The position numbers and the translations under genes are program-made. Shown here piece after piece: positions 1-11,491 of a stretch of DNA of 64,000 bases. The notes under the pieces were generated by a model. That model was not told the origin of the DNA. It worked only from the letters and a program-made list of their open reading frames with translations, and searched no databases. Each line of letters opens with the position of its first letter. Positions within the stretch are counted from its first letter, which is position 1. Source of the stretch: Neodothiora populina (lineage: Eukaryota); NCBI RefSeq assembly GCF_041146345.1, contig NW_027191417.1, positions 1,054,001 to 1,118,000 on the forward strand. The letters are read 5' to 3'.

Positions 1-1
1 A

Positions 2-3000
2 TGGCGCGCGGCTATCCAGGAAATCCATGATCGCGGTATGTATGTCATATTGGACAACACAATGGCTACTATGGGTGATCTCATCGTCTTTGATAACTAC
101 CTGAACGGAAGTACTCCATTCTGGTTCAATGAACACAAAGCTGGATGGAAATCTGCCGAGCGATACTATGACTGGAGCTTTGGTAACGAGTATCACGAAG
201 AATGTCCGTGGGAGTATCCTAAGTTCTGGGACCAGGGCGGACATCTTATCCAGGACAACAACACCGCAGCTATGGTCGGATGCATGGACAGCGAGTTCAA
301 TCAATATGGTGATGTCGGTGCTTTCGGAACTTATCCAGAATGGGAGAAGCAACTCAGCAAGTTCAACGGTGTACAAGATCGACTTCGAGATTGGGTCCCC
401 TCGGTGCAAGAAAAGATGCAAAAGTTCTCTTGTATGATTATCCAAGCTCTGGACATTGATGGATTTCGAATCGACAAGGCCATGCAGGTTACCGTTGAGG
501 GTCAGGCTAACTTCTCGCACGCGATGAGGGAATGCGCGAGCGACCTTGGCAAGCACAATTTCTTCATTCCCGGAGAAATTGTGAACGGCAATGCGAACGG
601 AGCAGTCTATCTCGGCAGAGGCAAAGAGCCCTCCATGAGAGTCGACAACATCACAGAAGCAGCCACTACGAATTCGACATATCTGAGAGACGATGCTCAC
701 CATGCGCTTGACGCAGCTGCATTCCACTACTCCACTTATCGCGGCCTGATGAGATACCTGGGCCTTGACGGTGATCTCCTGGCCGCCAACGATGCGCCTG
801 TCAACTTTCAGCAAGCTTGGGAAGTGATGATGCAAACCAACGACCTATTCAATGCCAACAACGGAAAGTACGATCCCCGTCACATGCACGGAGTCAGTAA
901 CCAGGATGTTGTAAGATGGCCTGGATTGATCAACGGCACAGAGAGACAAGTACTCGGCGCCTTTGTCACAACCTTATTGATGCCCGGTATTTCGCTCATG
1001 TCGTGGGGTGAGGAGCAGGCCTTCTACGTCCTCGACAACACCGCAGCCAACTATGTCTACGGACGTCAAGCTATGAGCTCCGCCCAAGCGTGGCAGATGC
1101 ATGGCTGTTACTATGTCGGCGACGAAAATTTGAGCACATTCCCTGCCAACAGCTCCTTGGTTGGCTGTAAGGACGATTCGGTGTCTCTCGACCACAGGGA
1201 TCCTACCCACCCCGTCTACAACATCTACAAAATGACCTTCGAGATGAGAAGACGTTTTCCTGTCCTCAACGATGGCTTTTTGTTGCGTCAACTTTCGGAC
1301 CAGACCTTCAACTACACTCTTGCCGGATCTTTTGGAGCCGAGACCGAGACTGGTATTTGGAGTGTTCTGCGTGGCGAGTTCGAAGGAGCCCAGGATCTTT
1401 CTACTGCCGGTGGAGCTGGTAATCACCCTGTCTGGCTGGTGCACAGCAATTACAATGGCTCGATCGTTTATGAGTTCGACTGTTCGGACAACGAGTCTGC
1501 CATCATCTCCCCATTCGATAGTGGTACAACCGTCAAAAACTTGTTCTACCCATTTGATGAGTGGATCTTGGAAGACTCCCCTCAGAAACTAGGTCTCAAT
1601 GGGTCTGACAAGTACAATGGTTGTGTGCCAAGGATGGACATGACCGGTTATGGCTTCAAGGCCTTTGTCCCCACTGAGCTCTGGCAGCACCCCTCCCCAG
1701 TAATCACCAAACTCATCTTGAATGACACATTCGTCGGGCATGACCAGAGAATCGTCTCTGTTGACAGGACTGGCCTCAACCAGTCAATGACTATGGAGCT
1801 GCGTTTCTCCTCGGAGATGGACTGCGACTCCGTACGCAGATCGGTCACTATTTCTTCTACTACAGAGCAGAACACCACCGCAATTATCGACACCGATAGT
1901 ACAGACTGCTTGACCGTTGATCCGGACGATATGCCTCTTCTCAACGGAGGTGTCCCAAGTATCTGGAGATGGAAGACGAGCATCACCAACATCGCAGACG
2001 GTATCCATGTCATCACCATCAACAACGCTTCGGACTCCACCAACACGATGTCAACTGGATCCAAGGATCATCTCATGTTCCGTATCGGTACGACTGAGAA
2101 CCCTATGGTCTTCCCCTTCGCCGCCAATTACAGCAGCACCATCCTGTTCAAGCAGGACAATACAAAGCGAGCAACAGAGTCTGCAGATGGGTTATATGTC
2201 AACCACAAAGCTGCGGGCGCCGATAAATGGCGGTACTCAATGACCTGGGGCTCCGAGTGGTCAGACTGGATGGACTACACTGGTGGCAACGTGACGCTTG
2301 ACAAGCAAGTATGGACCGGCACCAAGGTGCAGAAATGGAGTGGCGAACACGTCAAACTGCAGTATTGGTCCCGTGCTACTGGCAGTAGTGATCATGTCCA
2401 GGAGGGTGAGTTGTTTGGATCAGACGTGCATATTCGCCGCTTCCCTCACCTGTTCATTCACGGCTCCTTCAACGAGTATGGATACGATTCCGGGTTCCAG
2501 AATGAGATGAAGCACACTGGTAATGGAACTTGGGAATACGACTTCCTGGCCGAATGGCCTACCCAGTTCCAGGTCAACGTTTGGGGCATGACGGAAGATG
2601 GCGAACCGGATGTCACGTACGCATTTGGAGATGTGGACAACGACACGGTCCTGGATCGTATCTCTCCGGTGTCTCTTGAGATGAGTGTGGTCAACATCAC
2701 CAATCTTGGGCCTGAATCGCCTTATCTGGCATGGAAAATCCACTTCGATGATGGAAGTTACAGATACACCCTCATCCCGGCTGGTAACCGCTGGCGTCAA
2801 CTTGCTATCTGGATCATGCTCGCCGTCATCCCCCCAATTACGGCTGTCTTGGGTGTGTGGGCATATCTCCGGGCCTTCTATCAAGTCAAATTCAACCAAA
2901 TTGGATTGTCCGAGGCCAAGGGTATCCTTCCCATGGCCATCACGAAGCATTTCCACAAGGGCGAAAATGTCAAGGAGAAGGACAGTCTGAACTCTACTCC

Positions 3001-6000
3001 CGCAGGCGGGAGCTCCTCGGAGAGCGTAGGCCCATCGTATGTTCTAGACGGTCTGACAAGCATGTCGGCAGACGTACCTATTGGAGCAGCCCTGAGCGGA
3101 AAGCGTCGCACCGTCCTTATTGGCACTATGGAGTATGATATTTCTGATTGGAACATCAAAATCAAGATTGGTGGATTGGGTGTCATGGCCCAGCTAATGG
3201 GCAAGAACCTGCAACACCAGGATCTCGTCTGGGTCGTGCCATGTGTTGGCGGTATCGACTATCCTGTGGACACACCTGGTGAACCTGTCGATGTCACGAT
3301 CCTCGGCAAGACATACGAGGTGCAGGTCCAGTACCACAAGCTCGAGAACATCACTTACATGCTCCTCGATGCACCAGTGTTCCGTCAACAGTCCTCAAAG
3401 GAACCTTACCCAGCGCGTATGGACGACTTGGATAGTGCCATTTACTATTCGGCATGGAACCAGTGTATTGCTGAAGCTTGTCGCCGCTTCCCAATTGATT
3501 TGTACCACATCAACGACTACCACGGTACGGTTGCTCCTCTGTATCTGCTTCCTCAGACCATCCCCTGTTGTCTTTCTCTCCACAACGCTGAGTTCCAGGG
3601 TCTATGGCCCATGAGGAATCCAAGAGAGGTCGCCGAGATCTGTTCCGTCTTCAATCTGCCAGAATCAGTCGTCGCCCGCTATGTTCAATTTGGCGAGATC
3701 TTCAATCTTCTCCACGCTGGCGCCAGTATCCTCCGCCTGCATCAGAAGGGCTTCGGCGCGGTCGGCGTTAGCAAAAAATACGGAAAACGTTCATGGGCTC
3801 GCTACCCAATTTTCTGGGGCTTGAAGGGCATTGGCGCCCTGCCCAACCCCGATCCGTCCGATGTAGCTGAATGGGATAAGAAACTGGCCGATCCTAAGGA
3901 CATTGTAATCGACGAGGTATACGAAGCGTCTAGAGGTGGACTGCGACGTCAAGCCCAGGAATGGGCTGGCTTGAAGGTCGACCCTAATGCGGATCTTTTC
4001 GTCTTTGTTGGTCGCTGGAGTATGCAAAAGGGCGTTGACCTGATCGCGGATGTCTTCCCCGGTATTCTGGAGCAGTATCCTAACACACAACTTCTCTGCG
4101 TTGGCCCTACCATTGATCTTTACGGTAAATTTGCTGCGCTGAAGCTCGAGCAGATGGTCAAGAAGTATCCCGGACGCGTCTACTCGAAGCCAGAGTTCAC
4201 GGCACTTCCTCCCTTCATCTTCTCTGGTGCAGAGTTCGCTCTGATTCCAAGTAGAGATGAGCCTTTCGGTTTGGTCGCTGTGGAATTCGGTCGTAAGGGA
4301 GCGCTCGGTGTAGGCTCTCGAGTAGGAGGTCTAGGTCAAATGCCTGGATGGTGGTACACTATCGAGTCCACCACCACGAAGCATCAGATGCATCAATTCA
4401 AGCAAGCTATCAACGGAGCACTCAAGTCTAGTTACGAGACCCGTGCTACCATGAGAGCTAGATCAGCCAAACAGAGATTCCCCGTCGCGCAGTGGAAGGA
4501 GGACCTGGAAATCTTGCAATCGAACTCTATCAAGATCCATGACAAGCGGGTAGCCAAGAGGAAGAACGGGCTCAACTCTACTGCAACCACACCTTTCGGC
4601 AGTGGGTGGAATACTCCCAACCTTCCTGGATGGATGACCCCTCGTAGCGGCTGGGCAACTCCAGTCGCGCCATCTACTCCATGGGGTGGTAATACCCCGA
4701 ACGCTTCACGTCCCAACACTCGACCTCCTTCGCCCGTCCGCGGCACCGCGGAGAGCTCTCCGGTAATGTCTCGCAACAACTCGTTCTCTTTGGGCACTCG
4801 AGCAGGCCCCGGACATCAGATGCATAGTTTCAATGCTAGACCGACTCCATCTCGCAGAAACTCACTTGAGCCTAATGGCAACAGACCCCGCCTGGGCCGC
4901 ATTGAGGACGAGGAGGAGGTACACATGTCAGCTGAAGATGCACAGTACGCACGCGAGCAGGCGCAGTACGAGGCAAGACAGCCGTTCCCATTCCTTGCTC
5001 ACGATCCGTATGACTCCGGCCGTGGTGACTACTTTTCGGCGGTATCTACTCCAGGTGCTGCATCACCGGCAGGCTCAACGCCCTTCTTGCCCACGCCTGG
5101 GAGCAAGTCTCAGGTAGACTTGAGCCAAGTGCTTAACGAGAAGACAGACAAGCAGCCGCAAGATCTCCAGCCCTTCTTCACCGACCCTACGGGTCTGTAC
5201 TACAAGACATTCGAGCGCAAGTTGGAGAACCTGGACGGCAAGACGTCTGAGACTCAGCTCTGTATCGAGGAGTATCTCGAGAAGAGTGAGAAGCAATGGT
5301 TCAACCGCCTCCACGACGCCAAGATGACCAAGGCCGATGAAACGACATCGAAGCGCCCGTTCAAAAGCTCGCCTCTCAAGGAGGAGGCATTTGACGCAGA
5401 GAAAGAAACAATGGATCAATTCCTGCTTCCAGAGAACTACGTCGCGCCAACTGGACTCCGTCGTCTCATGGCCACCAAGATTGGCGACTGGCCTGTGTAC
5501 TCGTTCTTGATTGCTCTCGGGCAGATCATCTCGGCCAACTCGTACCAAGTCACGTTGTTGACCGGTCAAGTCGGTCAGCCGGCCTCGGAGCTCTACACCA
5601 TCGCCTGTATCTATCTTGGTGCGTCGTTGGTGTGGTGGTTCATGTTCCGTCGCTTCGCCTCCTTGTACACAATGACTCTGCCATGGTTCTTCTTTGGTCT
5701 GGCATTCTTCCTGCTTGGCATGGCTCCTTTGGGCTCTACTCCACACGCCCGAGAATGGATTCAGTACACGGCGACAGGATTCTACTCCTTCGCCTCTGCG
5801 GCAGGATCTTTCTTCTTCGCCCAGAACTTCGGTAGCACTGGGTCGGCACCAGTCAAGTCGTGGGGATTCCGCGCTTGTATGATCCAAGGAACGCAGCAGA
5901 TCTACCTCGTCGCGCTGTGGTGGTGGGGAGACCACAACACTGCCCTGACGGATTCCGGAAAATCAGTGTCGTACGGAACACGCATGACGGCGGCCGGTGT

Positions 6001-6757
6001 CCCTGTCGCCGTTTTCCTTTGGCTGGTCGGCCTGGCGTTGTACTTTGGTCTGCCAGCTTACTATCGCCAGAAGCCCGGTGGCGTTCCTTCCTTCTATACT
6101 GCAGTCATGCGTCGTAAGATCATCGTGTGGTTCTTCATCGCTGTTTTCTTGCAGAACTACTTCATGTCCTCGCTGACGGGTCGCAACTGGAAATACCTGT
6201 GGTCCTCCAAGCATGCACCTGCGTGGTCGATCGTGGTGCTAGTCATTTTCTTCTTCATCATTGTCTGGGCCGCACTGATCTGGCTCTTCTCACACCTTTC
6301 GGTGACACACTCCTGGATCATCCCCATGTTTGCCGTTGGACTAGGAGCTCCGAGATGGTGCCAGATCTTGTGGTCGACGTCCAACATTGGATTCTATCTG
6401 CCATGGGCCGGTGGTCCGATCGCTTCCGCACTGATAGGTCGCGGTCTCTGGCTCTGGCTCGGTGTGCTCGACTCCGTACAAGGTGTCGGGTTCGGTATGA
6501 TCTTGTTGCAGACGCTGACTCGTTTCCACATCACCTTTACCTTGGTGGCTGCACAAGTGATTGGATCAATAGCAACGATTCTCGCAAGAGGCGCATCTCC
6601 GGACGCCACGGGCCCCGGACATGTCTTCCCCGATTTCTCCGTAGACTGGAGAAGCGGGCTCGCGCAGTACGACTTCTGGATCTGCCTGATCTTCCAGTTG
6701 ATCGTGTGTGCAGGGTTCTTCACATTCTTCCGCAAGGAACAACTCAGCAAGCCTTAG
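2..6757 (+). CDS. ags1: Cell wall alpha-1,3-glucan synthase (Ags/Mok family), 5' end lies upstream of the window
   Basis: The frame is open from base 2 (WRAAIQEIHDRGMYVILDNT) to TAG at 6757 with no introns in the window. GH13 amylase-like region (DGFRIDKA, PGEI), one TM helix, glycogen/starch-synthase-like domain (KIGGLG, FVGRWSMQKG, PSRDEPFGLVAVE), multi-pass C-terminal TM region ending FFRKEQLSKP. Confidence 0.97.
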   Translation, partial: WRAAIQEIHDRGMYVILDNTMATMGDLIVFDNYLNGSTPFWFNEHKAGWKSAERYYDWSFGNEYHEECPWEYPKFWDQGGHLIQDNNTAAMVGCMDSEFNQYGDVGAFGTYPEWEKQLSKFNGVQDRLRDWVPSVQEKMQKFSCMIIQALDIDGFRIDKAMQVTVEGQANFSHAMRECASDLGKHNFFIPGEIVNGNANGAVYLGRGKEPSMRVDNITEAATTNSTYLRDDAHHALDAAAFHYSTYRGLMRYLGLDGDLLAANDAPVNFQQAWEVMMQTNDLFNANNGKYDPRHMHGVSNQDVVRWPGLINGTERQVLGAFVTTLLMPGISLMSWGEEQAFYVLDNTAANYVYGRQAMSSAQAWQMHGCYYVGDENLSTFPANSSLVGCKDDSVSLDHRDPTHPVYNIYKMTFEMRRRFPVLNDGFLLRQLSDQTFNYTLAGSFGAETETGIWSVLRGEFEGAQDLSTAGGAGNHPVWLVHSNYNGSIVYEFDCSDNESAIISPFDSGTTVKNLFYPFDEWILEDSPQKLGLNGSDKYNGCVPRMDMTGYGFKAFVPTELWQHPSPVITKLILNDTFVGHDQRIVSVDRTGLNQSMTMELRFSSEMDCDSVRRSVTISSTTEQNTTAIIDTDSTDCLTVDPDDMPLLNGGVPSIWRWKTSITNIADGIHVITINNASDSTNTMSTGSKDHLMFRIGTTENPMVFPFAANYSSTILFKQDNTKRATESADGLYVNHKAAGADKWRYSMTWGSEWSDWMDYTGGNVTLDKQVWTGTKVQKWSGEHVKLQYWSRATGSSDHVQEGELFGSDVHIRRFPHLFIHGSFNEYGYDSGFQNEMKHTGNGTWEYDFLAEWPTQFQVNVWGMTEDGEPDVTYAFGDVDNDTVLDRISPVSLEMSVVNITNLGPESPYLAWKIHFDDGSYRYTLIPAGNRWRQLAIWIMLAVIPPITAVLGVWAYLRAFYQVKFNQIGLSEAKGILPMAITKHFHKGENVKEKDSLNSTPAGGSSSESVGPSYVLDGLTSMSADVPIGAALSGKRRTVLIGTMEYDISDWNIKIKIGGLGVMAQLMGKNLQHQDLVWVVPCVGGIDYPVDTPGEPVDVTILGKTYEVQVQYHKLENITYMLLDAPVFRQQSSKEPYPARMDDLDSAIYYSAWNQCIAEACRRFPIDLYHINDYHGTVAPLYLLPQTIPCCLSLHNAEFQGLWPMRNPREVAEICSVFNLPESVVARYVQFGEIFNLLHAGASILRLHQKGFGAVGVSKKYGKRSWARYPIFWGLKGIGALPNPDPSDVAEWDKKLADPKDIVIDEVYEASRGGLRRQAQEWAGLKVDPNADLFVFVGRWSMQKGVDLIADVFPGILEQYPNTQLLCVGPTIDLYGKFAALKLEQMVKKYPGRVYSKPEFTALPPFIFSGAEFALIPSRDEPFGLVAVEFGRKGALGVGSRVGGLGQMPGWWYTIESTTTKHQMHQFKQAINGALKSSYETRATMRARSAKQRFPVAQWKEDLEILQSNSIKIHDKRVAKRKNGLNSTATTPFGSGWNTPNLPGWMTPRSGWATPVAPSTPWGGNTPNASRPNTRPPSPVRGTAESSPVMSRNNSFSLGTRAGPGHQMHSFNARPTPSRRNSLEPNGNRPRLGRIEDEEEVHMSAEDAQYAREQAQYEARQPFPFLAHDPYDSGRGDYFSAVSTPGAASPAGSTPFLPTPGSKSQVDLSQVLNEKTDKQPQDLQPFFTDPTGLYYKTFERKLENLDGKTSETQLCIEEYLEKSEKQWFNRLHDAKMTKADETTSKRPFKSSPLKEEAFDAEKETMDQFLLPENYVAPTGLRRLMATKIGDWPVYSFLIALGQIISANSYQVTLLTGQVGQPASELYTIACIYLGASLVWWFMFRRFASLYTMTLPWFFFGLAFFLLGMAPLGSTPHAREWIQYTATGFYSFASAAGSFFFAQNFGSTGSAPVKSWGFRACMIQGTQQIYLVALWWWGDHNTALTDSGKSVSYGTRMTAAGVPVAVFLWLVGLALYFGLPAYYRQKPGGVPSFYTAVMRRKIIVWFFIAVFLQNYFMSSLTGRNWKYLWSSKHAPAWSIVVLVIFFFIIVWAALIWLFSHLSVTHSWIIPMFAVGLGAPRWCQILWSTSNIGFYLPWAGGPIASALIGRGLWLWLGVLDSVQGVGFGMILLQTLTRFHITFTLVAAQVIGSIATILARGASPDATGPGHVFPDFSVDWRSGLAQYDFWICLIFQLIVCAGFFTFFRKEQLSKP

Positions 6758-7291
6758 GTGGCACAATTGCACGACTGTCTCGGCGTATATATCTGGGAGG
6801 GATTTTTTGTTTCTGTTTCTTATTACTTTTTCTCTTCGGATATCGGATTGTGATCCAATCATCTATATTGTTTCATGTCTTTCTTTCCACAAGCAAAAAG
6901 GATTGCTTCTCTAGCATAGCATGGTCGGGAGCCTTATCTGGGATAAGAATTTTTGTAATAGCGCTACGTGTCGACTGGTGGTATATACCCTTTCTAGAAT
7001 GGAATTGAATTGATGAGATAGACTTTAGCGAGAAAGTGCCATGTGCCTTGTGTCCTCTGTGATTGATGATAGCGATTGTGAAGTATTGGTTGGTGGTGGT
7101 GTTGCAGATTGATGGACGGCTGAGCGGAAGCAGCGTCACGTGACCCTTGAGCCTCTCGGAATGCCAAGATCCAGAAACAGGACATCAGAACAATGTAATA
7201 ATTATGTCGTAGGTCATACACTCGTCGAGTTGTAGTCCTTTCAGACACAACACCAACAGCCACACCCTTCTCGGAGACAACAACAACAACA

Positions 7292-8778
7292 ATGCCTCCG
7301 AGAATAAACCTCCTCAGCCAAGCGCTGGCCTACCGCCCACGCGCAGGTGTCGCCGCGCAGACTCTCCGCCCGCTCACCCAGCAGCAGCAGAGCCAGCAAT
7401 GCAACCGCCGAACATACGCCTCGGACCCGTCGAGGGACTTGCCTGTGGCGGACAAGAGCGAGCCCGCAGGGCCGAACATGCACCAGCAGGAGCACGTCAG
7501 CGAGGAGGCGGCCAAGATGGCTAATATCACTGGTGGAGAGGGGCCGGATCTCTCGCAGGGAACGCCGGTTCAGGATGTATGTTCTTTTTCTTTTTTTTCT
7601 TTCAGTTGGTGGGCGATTGGCTGTGTGCTTTGATGGCGGGAATGGAGGAGATTGATTGGGGAAGAATCGGGCAGAGAAGATGTGTGATTGGATCAGAGGA
7701 AGAAAGAGCAATTGCTGACAACGTCACCACGCACAGCTCCTCAAGAACGACCCCGAGGCGCAAAAGCACGCTCCCCAGGTGCTCAAGGACAGCATCAAGA
7801 AGAACCAGACGCCGCCGAAGCCCCAGACGCGCACATTCTCCACCTACGCCCGTCGCCGACAGGAAGTGGAAGCCGGTCAGGCCAGCGGCAGACCTGCTGC
7901 CTCGCTCGATCCTCCCGTCTTCTCCATGTCGTCGGTCAGTGAAACTCAGCAGAACAGCATCGCTTCAGCATCATCACAGTCTTCATCATCACAACCATCA
8001 TCATCCCCTTTCGCCGCAGCAGAGTCGTTAGAAGGAGAAGCAGAAGCAGAAGCAGAAGGAAGCAATTCCTTGGTCGCCCGCGGTCACAAGTTTCCTCTCC
8101 CCACCCTTCCTCTCCCCAGCAACGCACACAAAGACTACCGCTACGACCCCGTCGTCAAGCAAGTCACCAACCTGCTCATGCGCGACGGCAAACTCAGCGT
8201 CGCCCAGAAGAACATGAGCTTGATTCTGCAGCACTTGCGCACAGCACCCGCACCTACATACAACCCCGCCAGACCTCTCCTTCCGGGCGCACGTACGTTT
8301 CAACAACTTTCCTTGCCTCTTGTCTTTTTCTTTTGACATATTCTTGTCCTTGAAATACACTTGGAGAATCTGTTGTTTCCTTCCGAATCAAGACTGACAA
8401 AAGATACAAACCACAGCGCCGGCGTCCCACCTCCCTCTAAATCCCACCCTCTACCTCACTCTCGCGCTCGACAGCATCGCCCCGCTGCTCCGCATCCGCT
8501 CACAAAGAGGCGCGGCAGGCGGAGGTGTAGCGCTGCAGATCCCCGTGCCTCTGGGTCTGCGTCAGCGCCGTCGCCAGGCCATGACTTGGATCCTGGACTC
8601 GGCGTCGAAGCGCAAGAGCCGAGGAAGCGGAAACGCCATGTTCGCGACCCGCGTCGCAGAGGAGATTGTCGCCGTTGTCGAGGGCAAGAGCTCGGCATGG
8701 GAGAAGAGGACGGGTGTGCATAAGCTTGCTACTACCGCCAGAAGTAATTTGACTTTCGGCAAGGGTGGGAGGCGATAG
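7292..8778 (+). CDS. RSM7: Mitochondrial ribosomal protein S7 (uS7m)
   Basis: Exons 7292-7576, 7737-8292 and 8417-8778 (introns GTATGT..CAG, GTACGT..CAG). Arg-rich presequence-like N-terminus. S7 motifs YDPVVKQVTNLLMRDGKLSVAQK, LDSIAPLLRIR, PLGLRQRRRQAMTWI and VHKLATTARSN. Confidence 0.93.
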
Positions 8779-9002
8779 ATGCGTCGTGGAGCTTTTCAGA
8801 GCTCGTGACTTGTCTTTGTACACTTTTTTCTTTTCTTGTATACCAGTGCCTTTTTCTCTTCGTGCCTGGTTCTTTTTCTTTCTTCTCGTTTACCTCTGTG
8901 AAAGTGCACATGCTCTAGCTCCTGTCCGTACACGAGACCCGATTCGTGAGGGTAGTATCCAAGAACACAGCAATATAGCTGGACATGCCACAGAGATAAG
9001 TA

Positions 9003-9917
9003 TCAGATGCGATCCGTGCCCGGCAACGCACCGGCATTCATCCTCCTCTCGACCTCGCGCCTCTTGATCTCCGCCTTCCGATAATGTGTTTCTCTCATCT
9101 CCTCATACCTCTCCCTCTTCTCCTTGCGCGCCTTGGCGAGCGCCCCAGCCCTCCTCTCCGCCCTCCGCCTCTCCTCGTCCATCTTGTCTTGCTCCTCCAC
9201 AGTCAACACCCACGGCGCCGCGAGCACCTCGCGTTTGAACGCCGCAATCGCCTTCCACGCGCCGACCTCCTCGTTCGTGTCGCGGATGATGCTGGCGCGC
9301 TTGAGGTCCAGCTGTCGCATGCCCGCCCAGGAGCCGATTGTGCATTTGGCCTTCAGCACGGCGCCAATGTCGGCGAGGGTGCCATCGATGAGCACGTCGA
9401 ATGTGCCGAGACTCGATCTGATATTGACGTTGGCGACTGTGGTGTTGGAGGGGTTTGATGTCGGTGGTGTTGGTGGTGGCGCCGGCGCGGGAGTTGTAGA
9501 AGAAGAAGAAGAAGAAGAAGAAGAAGAAGAAGAAGCGGGCAGGACTCGGGGGAGTTTGACGTCGATACAGGCGCCACTGCCGTCGTCGAGCGTCAAGAGG
9601 GAGAACGTGCGGTGCACGTCTTCGATGCCCACTAGGGTCGCTACGAGGTAGACGTATTTTATCGGGTGGTTGAGGTGGAAGTAGATGCCCTGTCCTTTTG
9701 GTTTCTCTCTCTCAGTGACTTTTCGTTCTTGCTGTGCTTTTGTTTCTCTCTGACGCAGTGGATAGGAGTAGAGACGGTTCTTCTTCTTGTATTCACCTTC
9801 GAACCCGGGCTCAGTGCGCAATGCGTGCACGTCTGCTATCGTGAGCTTGACCCATTTGTCATATGTCGCCGACGCGGGGAAGAATCTGGCTGGGTAGATG
9901 GTGTTGGGGCGAGTCAT
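9003..9917 (-). CDS. OB-fold protein, likely CST complex subunit Stn1-like
   Basis: IYFHLNHPIKYVYLVATLV, LLTLDDGSGACIDV and GAVLKAKCTIGSWAGMRQLDLKR match the fungal Stn1/RPA2-type OB fold. Probable in-frame 102-nt intron 9796-9695 gives GFEG|QGIYF. Confidence 0.8.
   Translation of the reverse strand: MTRPNTIYPARFFPASATYDKWVKLTIADVHALRTEPGFEGEYKKKNRLYSYPLRQRETKAQQERKVTEREKPKGQGIYFHLNHPIKYVYLVATLVGIEDVHRTFSLLTLDDGSGACIDVKLPRVLPASSSSSSSSSSSSTTPAPAPPPTPPTSNPSNTTVANVNIRSSLGTFDVLIDGTLADIGAVLKAKCTIGSWAGMRQLDLKRASIIRDTNEEVGAWKAIAAFKREVLAAPWVLTVEEQDKMDEERRRAERRAGALAKARKEKRERYEEMRETHYRKAEIKRREVERRMNAGALPGTDRI
9499..9534. repeat. (GAA)12 microsatellite encoding poly-Ser in the Stn1-like gene
   Basis: Perfect GAA trinucleotide run read directly from the sequence. 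Confidence 0.97.
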
Positions 9918-10662
9918 TGGGTGTCGTCGACGGTGGAGCGGAAAAGGATCCCATGATTGCGTGTGACTACAGATTCATGGGCTTCATGGTGTATATGAAG
10001 AATAGAGATAAAGCTCGGTGAGGGAGATGATCAGATGCATGTCATTGTTTAATTATTATACGCGGTGGATGATGGGGACAAGACGCATGGAGGCGTCGCG
10101 CAGTCATGTGATTCATTAGACTTCTTTGGTATTTTCTATCAACTCTTCCTTTGGCGCTATACAGTACCTCATTCCGACAGAGCACGATACATATGCTTGG
10201 CTGGAGAGCATTGCTCCTCATTACAAGATATGGCACTTTTCCTCGAGATCCAAAGTACACCTGTGGTCAATGTTCGCATCTTCAGCATATACCGATACCC
10301 AAATGCTGAAGCCACATGCACGCATGCATCACGATAGCGCCAGCTGGCGCAGTGTAAAGCCTGCCTGCCCGTCTGTTCCGTCTTCCGATTTGTCCTTGAT
10401 CTTTACAACGAGTTCCAAGGCATCCCTGTCTGAGGTGCATTAATATAGTAGATACAAGTCCTGTGCTCAGCGTGACTTCCTTTACCATCTCGGCATATTT
10501 CACTGATGTGCGCTGTCACGACATAATACCCAACATTCGCTTACCGATTCATCGCTTTCGCAATCTGCTTGTTCTTGCTCTCTGTATATCTGTATATACT
10601 GTACCATCATTTCGAGCCCTTGCGATATTGCTGTCACGTCGATCTAGTGATTCCCTAGAACG

Positions 10663-11491
10663 ATGCACATGCCGATAGCGCCGACATGGCCTACGTTTTT
10701 CGCCGTCGCCATTCTCTTCCTCATCTGCATCGTCGAGCCGGTGCTCGCAGGCGGGTGGACATGTGGTGCAGTAGGCCTTAGCGCAGCAGTGCAAGCAGGA
10801 TGTCCAGCAGCGAATCCAGTATCCTGCTCATCCATAGGAATGGCCAACAAGTAAGTATACCCAGCTCTCTTCCCACAGCCTGCCTGTCTGTCTGCTTGCC
10901 CCCAAGCATTCTCCCCTCACGGAAGCAATCTTCCCCGCATGCCACTTCCACCATCCATGACGCACAGACTTGAGTGGACTGTTGATTGACATGTGACACA
11001 AAACCAAAAGCTGCTGTCCGTCTGGGAATTATTGCGCCTATACCAGCGACCAACAAGCAGTGGGATGTTGTCCGAACGGACAGACGTGCTCAGGCTCCAT
11101 TGATAATTGGGACGCTGGAGGAGGCGGATGGCAACAAACCACCACGACGGTCTGGCCTCAGACGAGTACCTGGGCGCCGACCACGACTTACTGGCAACCT
11201 TCGACGCACTATGTCACCACTGCGATACCGACGACAACAGTGTATGGAGGACTCGTGGTGACCAATGGCGTGTCCACGGTGTCGTCGCAGTACCTGCAAC
11301 AGCAGACGACTACCCAGAACGTCTACGGGGCTTATTGCTCTACACTGTATGCGAACGGGGGCAACCTGCCCACGACGAGGGCAGGCGATTGCGGGACGAT
11401 TCTGGTGTTGAGCGCAGGCACCAGGATCCTCAGCGACACCAGGATGTTGATCGGTGTCGCGAGCGTGGTTCTATTTCATTTGGCGACTTGA
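10663..11491 (+). CDS. Small secreted Cys-rich, Thr-rich, probably GPI-anchored surface protein
   Basis: Signal peptide (FFAVAILFLICIVEPVLA). Intron 10851-11010 (GTAAGT..AAG) joins to CCPSGNYC...CCPNGQTC. Thr-rich stalk and hydrophobic C-terminus. Start could be 10663 or 10669. Confidence 0.8.

Noticed and set aside
5075..7008. Long antisense and alternate-frame ORFs (5075-5935 minus, 6127-7008 plus) over the glucan synthase
   Set aside because: Shadow ORFs expected from GC-rich codon bias, with no protein-like motifs.
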